In this document: in pieces, positions 1 through 12,519 of the stretch
Numbering within the stretch: position 1 is the stretch's first letter
How the letters are laid out: every line of letters begins with the position of its first letter
From: Owenia fusiformis
Lineage: Eukaryota
NCBI GenBank assembly: GCA_903813345.2
Contig: CAIIXF020000001.1
Span: 2,542,001 to 2,606,000 of the forward strand
DNA length: 64,000 bases
Direction of reading: 5' to 3'
Notes under the pieces: generated by a model
Told to the model about the DNA's origin: nothing
The model's database searches: none
The model's input: only the letters and a program-made list of their open reading frames with translations
Translations under genes and position numbers: made by a program

Positions 1-1444
1 TCAAGGTCTAAGATTTGACCTTCGATGACCTTTTCAAGTTTTAATATTTATTAGTATTTAACAGTTTAAACACAAACAAATGATAGAACCCACTAGAAAA
101 ATAGTTAACTGTTATCTACACAAGCCATTTGCAAAGTGAATGAGGCATTGACATGCAAAATGTCACACTACCTACCATTTGTTACAGACACTAAACACTG
201 AATGCAGAATGCCAACCACCAGATGCCACCCCAAAATAAGTTGAAGACCATAACTAACTTCCGATAGTAAAAATGACACCAAAAATTATTTTATTCAAAG
301 TAAATTATTTTATTACCCATTTCACTGTATCACAATAAACACACTAAACAATAATAAAAATTAGATAGAATATATACCTCTTTATTCAACATATTCAATA
401 TTCGCCACTTTTAAAATATAAAGAGTAAAGGAATGTATTATGCATATTTTAATAAAATATCACATTATTATATCAGCATACACGATAACATTATACCTCA
501 TATTCTTACTCAATTTTTCACATCCCTTATGTTTAGTAGGTGAATACTGTAAAAGTAGGAGTGCAAACATTTTTTTTTGAAAAGTTACATCTTAAAGACT
601 TGCTTTTTCAACTAGTGTTAAGGAAACAAAAAGTAAATAATAGGAGGAGGACCTTTTTTAAGCTTAAGTTCTATCCTTTCCTAATAAGGCCAAGCATATT
701 TTTATTCAATAAATGTTTAGTTACACTTAGACCCACAACAGAAGATTTAATCATTTAAAATAAAATCTGGATGTTCTCAGTTCTAGTATAGCTATTAAAT
801 TACCCTTCCTCTAGTTATCTAGCTATCTAGATCATATGCTATGTATGAAAACTACTGAGTTACTCCCTGCTGAAGGACAAGGGCACAGCCGATGCTTCCA
901 CTCTGTTGTGTGTCTAAGTGGTTATGGGACATGAACACTAATAATAAATACATTTACATGAATAATCACTTCCCTAGACCAACACATACAGTAAAACCTG
1001 TATATACAAACATCTCTCTGATCTGAATACCTCTCAATGTAAGATATTTTCTCTGATTGACTTAAATGTTTATAAAGCCTTGAAATGTGAACATCAAATA
1101 ATCTGAACACTTTTGGCCAGTCTCAGAGCCTTTGAAGATGCAATATTGAGATATTCCCTATTTATACAAAAAAAAACTGGATTTTAGTTTGCTCATTTAA
1201 GTGGACTATTTTTCAATGGATTTGAATCTGAGCTTTGCTATTTCAAGTACATGTACAAGCGCTTTGAATGAGTTAAATAGTCATCATAACACCAGGAAAA
1301 AGTTTGCAATTTTTTCAGTTAATAAATACTTCAACCCATAAAAATGATTGAGTAATGTACACAAGTCTTTTTTTACAAAACAAAGTCTGTGAGTTACGTA
1401 AAGAGACTTTATGGATGCCATGTATTTGAACTCCTTTAGGACCT

Positions 1445-2977
1445 CTACCCATCATTACTTTCACTTTCATCATCACTGAAATTAATCTGTGAAGGCAAGG
1501 ACATAAAATTCATTAGACTCATGCCGCCACTAGGCTGGCTTGACCTACTGGCCTCTTGGAGTCGCCTCTGTACCTCTAAACCAAGCCTGTCTGACTCTTC
1601 ATGGATATTCTCATTGAGTTCCTGAAAGCGTTGCAATATGGAACCAAACGCAGGATTGGTGATGACTGCTGGATTTAGACCTGGTATGTTGGGAAGTGGA
1701 GCCTGAATGAGTGTGCTAGTGTCCGTTTCCATTGGGGTTTCAATTTCCCTTTCCACAGGGGTTTCAGGCTCCACTTGGGCTTCTTTTTCAATTGGGCTTT
1801 CAATGGCTTTAGTAAAGTGGGTTGGTGGATTTTCTTTCGTCTCAATTGGTTCTGACTTTATGGATGGCGAAATACTTTCAGATGACTGTATCTCAGTGCC
1901 TAATAAGGAATGTGGAGTGGGTTTGGCAACAAGATTGGGTAAGCCTGGTTTTGGAATGAGGGTAGGCATTCTGGTGGGCGGTTTATTGGTGGAGGGTTGA
2001 GACGAGACTATGTTCGAAGCCTGTGAGGTGCCTGTTGACTGGACCATTTGGAACTGTAGGGGCATTCGTGCTGGTAAAACTGCTGGCTGACATTGTTGCA
2101 CAGGAACTGCTACAAAAGGTTGTGACTGACCTGGTAAAGTTCCCACTGGAACAAGGATCATATTGCTACCTGGTTTCAATGGTAGAGGCGGGGCAACTTG
2201 TCTGATTGGAGCAGACATTTGGATCTGTGTTTGCACCTGGGTAGGACTACGAGCTACACTGGCACCGATTAATGGGGCAAGTTGTCTGATTGGAGCAGGC
2301 ACTTGGGTCTGTGTTGCCACCTGGGTAGAACTAGGAGCTACGCTGACAGGAAGTGATGGGGCAACATTTTTCTGATTAATTGGAGTAAAATTAGGCGTGG
2401 TGTTTGAGTGGACCAGCCTGGTCTCACCAACAACTGAAGCCTCTGATAAAAGAATGGTTTCTGGCAACTTGGATGTTGACTCGTTTGATTGGATAACTAT
2501 TGGCGATTTAGTCGATTCACCAGATTTTTGATCCTCAGTCTGTTGCTTCATACAGTAGGTAGTTTCTTTGGCTGCCTTATCAAGAGATCTCATTGCATCT
2601 ATGGTGCTCCCATGAAACAAAGGTATTCCTTCTGTACGGACATTCTGATTCTCAAAGAAACGTATCAGGTCCACATAATGTGCCCTAAGATTTTTTCTCA
2701 GACGTTTATCCGTATCACGATCATACGAAGTCTTATGCAGTCTAAATTCAATGGCATATTTTAGAGTGTTTAGTACATATTCAATGTGTTGTATCAGCTT
2801 TGGTAAAAGTTCATATTCGGGCCTTGTTGATAATTGTATCTTTAACCTCTGGACTAAATCCATGGATTCTGGACTGTAGATTTGGTGAACAATCTGGTTG
2901 TGTGTCTCTGTTAAACAGTTTTGTATGTGCCATGCAAGAGATCCTGGAAGCAAACAAACCTCAATGGTTTCAGTCAT
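1445..2977 (-). CDS. 510-aa ORF of unknown function: helical-looking N-terminal ~140 aa, then a long Pro/Gln/Thr/Ser-rich low-complexity region; probably a terminal exon
   Basis: Uninterrupted 1533-nt ORF in AT-rich DNA. A branch-like CTAAT, a pyrimidine tract and candidate acceptors (TAG ending 2982; GAG ending 2995) lie just upstream of the ATG. Minus-strand AATAAA signals lie downstream (e.g. 701-706). No family recognised. Confidence 0.8.
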   Translation of the reverse strand: MTETIEVCLLPGSLAWHIQNCLTETHNQIVHQIYSPESMDLVQRLKIQLSTRPEYELLPKLIQHIEYVLNTLKYAIEFRLHKTSYDRDTDKRLRKNLRAHYVDLIRFFENQNVRTEGIPLFHGSTIDAMRSLDKAAKETTYCMKQQTEDQKSGESTKSPIVIQSNESTSKLPETILLSEASVVGETRLVHSNTTPNFTPINQKNVAPSLPVSVAPSSTQVATQTQVPAPIRQLAPLIGASVARSPTQVQTQIQMSAPIRQVAPPLPLKPGSNMILVPVGTLPGQSQPFVAVPVQQCQPAVLPARMPLQFQMVQSTGTSQASNIVSSQPSTNKPPTRMPTLIPKPGLPNLVAKPTPHSLLGTEIQSSESISPSIKSEPIETKENPPTHFTKAIESPIEKEAQVEPETPVEREIETPMETDTSTLIQAPLPNIPGLNPAVITNPAFGSILQRFQELNENIHEESDRLGLEVQRRLQEASRSSQPSGGMSLMNFMSLPSQINFSDDESESNDG

Positions 2978-3689
2978 TCTCCTAGATAACCAAACTCAGG
3001 AGAAAATTAGTAATTTGCATTCTACATTCCTAAATACCCAATTATACACACTATTTTCAAATATCAAATCTCATTTCTAACGAAAACAAATATTTGGATG
3101 CATTTCGTAGAATAATGGGGTCACTGCACATAACCCCTATCTAAGCCTATCTTGCTTAAAACTCTTAAATATTCTTCAAAGTATAATTTGACATTGAATT
3201 AGTTATTGTAAACCTAAAAATAATCTGTTCTGGACATATGGGTTATTATTCATTTTGTAATTGATGTTTTTATGAACATCAATTACAAAATGACAAATAA
3301 ATAAATAAATGGCCCCTTTGGGATGAAAGGGTTAATACTTATTTTTGCATTCACCAAAAATTCAAATTAAATTCTGATTCTAAAAACTGTCACTCTCAGC
3401 TTTCCAATGGTGTATCAGAACCTTAGTGCAGGTGAAGTCATTTATTTGACCCTCGTTTGCTCTACTATAAGGATCTTACCTCCAAAAGTTGAATTACAAT
3501 GCTTGGCCTCCATGATGGCATCCAACAGAGCTTGGTTATGTGTCTGCAACAAATATCATGAACTTCAAAAGTATGTCTGACTTAACCTCAACGAGAGCAA
3601 CAGAAACTCCACAGAGAAGCAAATCCCAACGAACAAAACATGTTTTGGTAAATAGTGGCCTCTTGATAATTTCTTCTTGAATAGAGCTC

Positions 3690-4845
3690 CCTTGTCCCAA
3701 TGTCCCCAGGTATCAGCATAAAGAATCTGAACCAAATCTGTCCACTGGTATTTGAGTTATGAAGGATTACATTTTTTATGGTGGCAATTTTGAGTTTTCA
3801 AAGATTAGATTTTTTACCAAAAATGGCAGCTATTTTGAAATTCAGCTTTCATCTTCAAATTTATTCTTGGGTAGAGTTCCTTTATCTCTAGAGCTCTCTA
3901 GGCATCAACATAAAGAATCTGAACCAAATCTGTCCACTGGACTGCAATTTTGAAATTCAACTGTCATCTTGAAAATTTATTCTCAAGCAGAGTTCCTTTA
4001 TCCCTAGGCATCAGCATATAAAATTTGAGTTATCAAAGGGTACATTTTTCATTAAAAAAATGGTGGACAATTTTAAGTAATCAAAGATTATGTTTTTCTA
4101 ATGAAAAATGGTGGCCATTTTGAAATTTGGTAGCCCTCTTGCATGACCAGAGCTCATTTGTCCATCTACTGATAATTGGATTCTCAAAGATTACAGTTTT
4201 TACAAAAAATGGTAGCCAGTTTGAAATTCAGCTGCCATCTTGAAAATTCCTTTGCGGCCAGATTTCCTGTGTCCCTAGGCATCAGCATATAAAATTTGAA
4301 CCAAATCCATCAACTAGTATATGAATTATCAAACATTCGAACATGACTGTATTCACGCCTTCTATAAACTGTAAACAAAGTCAACATTTCATCCGGGGTA
4401 TATTCACGATCAATACCCCTGGTAATACGTGTAATGTGTGACGTCATAACGGTGGATCATAGTAATGGTGGACCATCGAAACATTTTGGTGAGTTTTCAT
4501 GTACGAATCGTAATATAAACCTCAGAGCAGGGGTTATTTTGTCGAATACATCCCTTAGAGCTAAGCACAAAAGCTTTCGAACGCCTCACTGCCTAGGCCT
4601 GCGGGGTGTATTCGACAATATTACCCCTGCTTTTCAGTCTATATTTCTTAATTACATTTTTTTATGAAAAATGGCAACCATTTTAAATTGAGGGGACATA
4701 TTGAAAATTCCTTCTCGAGCAGAGGTTCTACACCCATAAGGCATAAGCCTATAAAATTTAAAATGAATTTGTCAACAAACAGCAAATGGACAGATGGACA
4801 GCTTTCCTATATCCCCCTTGAACTTCGTTCGGTGGGATAATAAGG
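3690..4845 (+). mobile_element. Helentron/HINE-like non-autonomous element with degenerate internal repeats
   Basis: Repeated core (gaatctgaaccaaatctgtccactgg; gccattttgaaatt), a ggacagatggacag microsatellite and a terminal hairpin ccccttgaacttcgttcggtgggataa. The reverse complement of this end recurs at ~48281-48310. The family assignment is inferred. Confidence 0.5.
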
Positions 4846-5277
4846 TCAATATATATACATGTACTATGAATAAATTTATAGCTAGTCTTTAACTAACTGA
4901 TGAAGAACAGAAAACAACAACACTATAAATCTTGTGAATTTGTGAATTCTAACATATACAGAATGTTGGATAAACATTAGATGGCTAGAATCAAATGTCA
5001 GTTTAACTTGGAAAAATTTAAGAACACTGAGCAATTTTTTTGTTGCTATTGAAATTACATGAAAATGTTGAAATTTTCAATACAACATTATACTTTCTTT
5101 TAAAACTAGGCCCATGAGCGAAAAATGATTAAAACTATGCATTAGGATCAATGGAAATGACTCGCTGGAAGTTGTCAGGAAAATATTCGAAGTAACTTTA
5201 ATTCGAGCATAATCAAAAGAATTACAAGAAGGACATTTTTGAGACACCCTGTGGTCACAAACCAATTAGTTGGAAGA

Positions 5278-8200
5278 TCAGTTGCATTTTTTGATTACCT
5301 TGTACCAATCCTTTATGTTTGGTTGAATAGCTTTCACATCAGTTTTGTTGTCCTTAAGAATACTGCATGCTATGGTGCCCAATAGGGGATGTTCAAGGGC
5401 AGCATGCTTCTGCATCTCTCCTGGGTCATTGAGGCAAACCTTACACATGTTGCACACATACAGGATCTTATTCTTCAGGTGCATTTCCCTGGAATATAAT
5501 TGGACAGTAAACATGTTGCACACATACAGGATCTTATTCTTCAGGTGCATTTCCCTGGAATATAATTGAACAGTTTACATGTTGCACACGTACAGGATCT
5601 TATTCTTCAGGTGCATTTCCCTGGAATATAATTGGACAGTAAACATGTTGCACACATACAGGATCTTATTCTTCAGGTGCATTTCCCTGGAATATAATTG
5701 GACAGTTTACATGTTGCACACGTACAGGATCTTATTCTTCAGGTGCATTTCCCTGGAATATAATTGGACAGTTTACATGTTGCCCACGTACGGGATCTTA
5801 TTCTTCAGGTGCATTTCCCTAGAATATAATTGGACAGTTTACATGTTGCGCACATACAGGATCTTATTCTTCAGGTGCATTTCCCTGGAATATAATTGGA
5901 CAGTTTACATGTTGCCCACATACGGGATCTTATTCTTCAGGTGCATTTCCCTAGAATATAATTGGACAGTTTACATGTTGCGCACATACAGGATCTTATT
6001 CTTCAGGTGCATTTCCCTGGAATATAATTGGACAGTTTACATGTTGTGCACATACAGGATCTTATTCTTCAGGTGCATTTCCCTAGAATATAATTGGACA
6101 GTTTACATGTTGCGCACATACAGGATCTTATTCTTCAGGTGCATTTCCCTAGAATATAATTGGACAGTTTACATGTTGCGCACATACAGGATCTTATTCT
6201 TCAGGTGCATTTCCCTGGAATATAATTGGACAGTTTACATGTTGTGCACATACAGGATCTTATTCTTCAGGTGCATCTCCCTGGAATATAATTGAACAGT
6301 TTACATGTTGCACACATACAGGATCTTACTCTTCAGGTGCATCTCCCTAGAACACAATTGTACAGTTTACATTACCTAGATTTAAACCTGTTTAGTTCAC
6401 AGCGTGCAATAATAAAGGACATTGTTCATCATGTGCATCTCCTTAAAATACTATAGTACAGTTCACATGTAACATTCATATTAAAAAGAATTAATCAAAA
6501 AATAAAATAATATAAAAGACCTTAAATTTATTGTACAGTTCACATGCTGCAACAATACTGGACATTGTTCTTCTTATTTTCTAATTTGTGTAACATAACC
6601 AACTTGTTCTTAGAGGCTTCAAAATAAAGATTTTCAGAAAAACCAGTGGCAACATTGACTTGTAAATTTAAGAGCATGGGTTCTATCATTTATTTTGTTC
6701 CTACTACTTACTAATTTGTTTAAACTTAAAGAATATACATAGACATTTATAAGGTGTTCATTGTTGGCGCCCACTATACATAGAGGTTTATGCTATTTAC
6801 ATACCTGTGTTGGAGAAAGAGCTTGGGCTTGGTATAGAACCTCTGGCAGACTGGGCACACATATAGATGGCGCTCTGTGCTATGTTTCACTGCCTCAGCA
6901 GAACTACAGAAGGTTTCACAACATATCTTACACACAAAATGGTTGTCAGTGGTGTTACCATTAACAATTGCATCTTTTGCCTTACGTTTTGTCTGTTTCG
7001 TATTCAAATTACAATCATATCTATGAGAATCTAATAGGGCCATCTCACAAAAAGTATTTTCAAGACTAAATTGTTTTGAACGTTGAATTTTTACTGCGCA
7101 TGAGTTCTTAACACCAACATTTGTGACAGTAGAAAGATGGTGTTCTTGGACCGCTTTTGCATTTGGAAATACCATATCACATAGAGTACACACACATTTT
7201 GTCTCAGTTTTGCCACACAACTGACGATGTAACAATAACCCATAATTATTGTAGCACCATTTGTCACATGTTTTACAGTTGAATGTTTTTTGATCATGGT
7301 GATAAGAATGCTGTTTGAACTGTTTTTCATTTTCGTGAACTAACCCACATTGAGTGCAGTACTTTTTATTCCGTTTGAACTTGCATACCAACCTGTGAGT
7401 GTACCATATGTGTCCCGTATCCGCTTGTCTACTACCTGCTCCACATACTCTGCAGAATGCCTTACAATACACAGCGCAATCGTTGACCCAATGCTTCACA
7501 ATACTCTCCTCTGAAGTAAAAGCAACTGAACAACACGGACACTTCTGGAACACATTACGGCTATTGTCAGTTGTAATATGTCCATTAGACTGAGAGTTCA
7601 TCTCTTTGACAGGTTCTTTTGATTTTGGCTCTTCCTCATCATTTTCGCCTGGTTGCTTGTCAAGAGAATCATCCTCTACATCCTTCAGAGAGTATGGAGT
7701 AGATATAAGACAAAGAGCCTTGCCTTCTGGGGCATCTGCATCATAATTGCAATCTACATCTATAGGCTCATCTTTGACGGTTATGGTGTCAATAGGTTCA
7801 TCTTTGATGGTTATGATATCAATGGGTTCATCTTTCACTGTAACTGTATTCTCATCAGTAGATTGAGTCTTGCCTGCAAGAACATGAGATTCAGATACCT
7901 TGTTTGAAGGCATCATTTGTTCATCAATATTTTCTACTGCTTCTCCCATTGCCTTTAACTTCGCTTCAAAGTCGTCTTCTTCATCATTTTGTATTTCACT
8001 AAAGCACTTACTGTATGATTCTGGTGCAGATATTTTGAATTTCATAAGCAGGTCTTTTCCTTCATCTTCACTCAATAAACAGACTTCATTATCTGGGATC
8101 TTTTTTCCCCATGCAAATTCTCCAACATGAATGAATTTATCTTTTGATTTTTCCATTTCATCGTCCTTTTCTGTTTTAACAGAATGATTTGCATAACACA

Positions 8201-11200
8201 GCCTTTCGTGTACTTCCTTAAATCTTTTGTTTTTACAGGGGAAAAGACAGTGTTTGCAAGACACGGATTTATCTTTTTCACATTGTAACTTGTGAGCATC
8301 TAGTTCACATTTGTGCTGAAACACTGTAAAACATTCGAAACAAGTATGTAATTTCCCATCAAGTTTAGATTGGCATTCTATTTCGTGGTGCATAAAGGGT
8401 TTCTTACCATTCTTGACATCAAACTGAATCGCACAACCTCTACATCTTTTCTTTGCATGCTCTTTCAGACACGAACAATGATGTTGTCTGAGCTTGCTAT
8501 AGGGCTTCACAAAATAACAGTTGATACATCTCAGGCCTACGCTTCCATCAGGTTTTACATTCGAATACTTCCCACTGGTGATTCCATTTCCACAAAATAA
8601 ACATGGCCAAGTTTCTCCAAGGCAAGATATGCACTTATCAATATTTGGTAATAGTTTAGCCTCAGTCGTTTTTATATAATGTTCTGTCGTGCAATTTGAG
8701 CTCTCACATTTTGTATATAGCTTTCCCTTAATATACTTTAACCTATTTTTTCCTTCACATGTGACTTGGATTTGAGACCTCGACTTTTGGACAGATTTTT
8801 TGTCACAGTTATCCAGATGCTTCTTAGCCATTTCTTTAGATTTAAAAGTCTGCTTGCAATACATGCATATAACATGAAATACACTGGCTACACAATCATC
8901 CTCATGGTGGAGCCATTGATAAGCATTCACCAACTGAAAAGCACAGAGCTGACATTTCATTTGATCTGTAGAACATTCAACAGTGTGTTCCTCAAGATGC
9001 TTTTGGGTACGAAGGAGCCTTTCACAAAGAAAGCACTCATATCTTGGTGTCTCTAAACACCCAACCTCATGCTCATCAAGTTCTTTCTGGCTTGGAAAAG
9101 CATCTCCACATCTCGTGCAGACAACAAGACCATCAGTGTCCAAGCTGCACACAACACAGTGCTTATTATAAGCATTCTCCTTGGAAGGTAAAAACAGTGT
9201 CATACAAACTCTACACCCAACAACTTTTGATGCTGGGACACAAGATGACTTTTGATGTTCGAGGAATGCCTGCTGAGGAAATGATTTCCCACAGCCAATG
9301 CATAAATGTAAATTTCCATCAACAACTTCAACATCATTATCTCCCTTCATATCTAGATTTCCTTTTGGTTGTGCATGTTTTTTCTGAATAAGGCTAACTG
9401 TACTAGTTTTCCTAGCAGCATCTGTTGAAGTTGAAGTTCCATCAGCAGGCTTTGGAATGATCATGGTTGGAGTTACACGCTTGGTATGTGCTGAATTAGT
9501 TTTAGGTAAAGAGGATATGACACGAGAAGTTGTAGACTGCTGGCCCAAAATTGATGAGGAAATATTGTTAACTAATGGCATAACTTCACTTTTTCCTACA
9601 ACATTTATCTGTGGATTTGTGTTCCCAGTTGAAGCAGATATTTGAAGTATTTTAACTGTATCATTAGTTATGGGTCCCATTTTTGGTAATTGCAGAGTTA
9701 TAGGCCCATTTATATTTCCCTTCACCACCAAGGCAGCAACAGTTTGACTTCCAGGAGTGACCGATTCTGAAGTATTCACTTTTGACTGTAAACTCAAAGG
9801 TTTCGACTGGCCAAGTTGACTGTTTGGTGAATGCTGAAGTTCACACCTCTTCATATGCTTCTTTAGTTGCTGTTTAAAAAAGATTCTGTTACAATGTTGA
9901 CATTTCACCCTTGAAGACTGCTTATTGTCATTGCCTCCGTACAGATTTCCCTCTTTGCACTGCATTTGATGGTGGCCTAAACACAATGGATTGTAGTAGA
10001 TGTAGCCACAAAACTTACAAGGGTACATTTTATTATCTTGAACATGTTTAGTTCTCATCTTACAGTTAGCCCAATGCTTGTGCACAAATTCATCAAGAAA
10101 GACAGTCTTACACAGCATGCATTTTAATCTTAGTGGATTTGCGTTATAATCTAAGACTGCTACGTTTCTAAATATCCAGCAGTCTTTCTCATGTTCAGCG
10201 AGTAGACGTGGAGTTGGGTAGACTCTGGTCTTTGAGCAATGGCAACAAAAGACTGTTTCTCCAGTTTTCCCATGTAATGATCCACAGCGTCCTTCATGAC
10301 TCAAAACATGATGAGGCTCTGTGAACTTTCTGTTACAAAATCTGCAATCTATCCACTTTATGTTTGCACTCTCTCTTTGACTAATTAGCTCAAGTTCATG
10401 ATCTGTAACCGAAAGAGCTGTATTGACTACATTCAACATTTCTTCACAAGCATTCTCATCCATTAAATCATCCACAATTACTACATCATTAGATTTTCCA
10501 TCTAATCTTGGCTTTTTATTTCTTGAACTAGCTTTATTTGGACTTCTTTTCCTAGATACTTTACTTATTTCAAAATCTGGATCATCCCTGATATCATCAG
10601 CTTGCCCTGGTTTAATAAGGTCATCTGAGTCTGCAGTATCACTAGAATAATTATAATCAGGATCTTCATCTTCATTTGTTACGTTATCTTCTGTTATTGT
10701 CTCATTATCATCATTCTCAGTATCATTCATGTCACCCAATCTTCTACACCCAAACTTCTGATGACTTTTGAAAGTGGTGATTCTCCCAAAGGACTTGCCA
10801 CACTCACATTTAAATCTTTCCTCGTTTTCATTAATCTTCGCTTTTTCATTGACCATTTTTGTATTAGTTGAATCCTCAGTATTTTGTTTAATATTATAAT
10901 TGCTAGGTGAGGATTTGTCTGTCGCCCTTTTCAAAGCAGCATGTGGTAGACTAGGGCAAGTGGTCAATTTAATACTATGGTCCTCCATGGATGGCTTACA
11001 TATCGCTTCAGTGGGTTTAAATCTAGGTCCGCATGGAGTCTTTTGAATATCAGAAAACATGGTATGTTTGAGTGGAGTATTGTCTTTAGCTGTAAGAGTT
11101 CTGGGGCCACAAGTCTTTTCTCTAGCAACTTGAGGAAGTATTTTATATTTATGTTTGAGTCCTTCTTTAGATGGCTCTTTATCTTTTTTCGCTCCCAGTA

Positions 11201-12158
11201 TTCCTCTTGTTACATTATATCTTGTTTCATCAACTGGTAACACAGGGGCATTGGTCTTGGCATCGAATATTTGAGAACTTCTTTTCACCCTTTCATTTGG
11301 TAAATCTGGAATGTTAAGTTTGAAGGATAACTCTTCACTATCATTCTCATCAATCTCCTTTTTTATAACCACTTCATCGGGCTCAGCCTTGACAGCGGCA
11401 TAACATATTTCATTTTTGTTATCTTCCATGGTGTCAGAAGGAGATACGACACATAAAGGTCCTTCACACATTTCCATATGTCTGTGGACTTGGAGTATGT
11501 TCACAAATTTTGCTGAACATTCACACTCATATATGTAATGTGTTTTTCTCAAAGTTGGTGACAATTTTCCATATTTCCCAGTACAATCTACTCTGTGATT
11601 ATAAAATGATGTCATATTCGCGAAGAGTAGTTTGCATGCACATTTAATTGTTGGCCCATTGTAAAATATTTGATTTCTATTGACATCCTGATCAATACTA
11701 TTTCTGCTCTTTGTTCTTGGAGCCGTATTATCATCATTAGCATCCACTTGATTCAAATTGATCTTATCTGCATTTGCACAATCAACAATTCCATCAGTAC
11801 CACCATTGTGAAATAGTTTCAAATTATCAGTAATAGCATGGACACAACTTACTACATGTTGCTCCCAATCCTTTTGATTTGTAAATATTTCAGTTGAATT
11901 ACATCTACTTGAACATTTCAATTCACCATTCATAGATTTCAATGTGGCAAAGTTGACACTAGCTACATCATTAACTACCTTAGGTGTAAGAACTATGGGG
12001 CAAAAGATGCAAGAATGATTCTTCGTGACTGAAACACATGACTGACAAGAATTATTAGAATTTAAAACACCACTTTCACCTTTCCCACATGTGTGACATA
12101 TGTTACCCTTCTGTATAATGCCATCCAAGCCTGGGTCCCTGGCACATTGTTTTGCCAT
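5278..12158 (-). CDS. Large multi-zinc-finger protein (many CX2C..HX3C fingers plus C-terminal C2H2 fingers); exons 12158-6805 and 5488-5278, 3' end uncertain
   Basis: 1794-aa ORF with dozens of CxxC...H motifs. Donor CAG|GTATGT after 6805 joins acceptor TTCCAG|G at 5488 in phase. This completes a split finger, CPVCQRFYTKPKLFLQHR-EMH, followed by YVCNMCKVCLNDPGEMQKHAALEH. An acceptor-like TTTATAG ending at 12186 suggests an upstream exon. Confidence 0.88.
5445..6372. repeat. 66-bp tandem array (~14 copies) duplicating the splice acceptor and first 44 nt of the zinc-finger gene's next exon
   Basis: Unit acatgttgcacacatacaggatcttattcttcaggtgcatttccctggaatataattggacagt(aa/tt), starting at 5445, 5511 ... 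6303. The reverse complement contains ...tatattccag|GGAAATGCAC. Confidence 0.95.
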
Positions 12159-12505
12159 TATGGATGCCTGGTACAGGTAATGTCCCTATAAATAGATATA
12201 TATGTTTAAACATACTACTGACGAAATATACCAATACGCGATAACGTTTAATTTCGTTCAGTTTAGCAACCTCTCGTTTGAAGAGCTCTCATGTATGGTA
12301 CAACTTCATCTACATCCGGGTTCTTTCCCATTGGATTACACAGGGGTGCTATTTTCAATGCCGCACTGCGGCTCTATTAAACATTTATGTAGAGTTTCAT
12401 TTGCACAAACGATAGGTATGTATGTAATTAAGATATATGACAAAGCAATTTGAGCTATAATCCCCAAATCCGAAGTAATGTGTAGTTAAAAATGCCGTCC
12501 AATTC

Positions 12506-12519
12506 CAGTGACGTCACTG
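12506..12519. promoter_or_regulatory. Palindromic CRE site (CAGTGACGTCACTG) in the CpG-enriched region upstream of the zinc-finger gene
   Basis: Perfect 14-bp palindrome containing TGACGTCA, ~350 bp upstream of the ATG; CCAAT nearby (~12694). Confidence 0.45.

Noticed and set aside
4895-4925. Hammerhead-like CTGATGA...GAAA
   Set aside because: No stem II between the core motifs and no flanking helices.
5077-5265. 62-aa ORF with CPSC as an extra zinc-finger exon
   Set aside because: Requires a ~57-nt intron and a weak donor, and has no His/Cys partner pair; not supportable without transcripts.
5579-6295. 238-aa repetitive ORF on the + strand
   Set aside because: Antisense reading of the 66-bp array, open only because the unit is a multiple of 3.
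7091-11240. Many short ORFs overlapping the large zinc-finger exon
   Set aside because: Antisense or alternate-frame shadows of the 1794-aa ORF.
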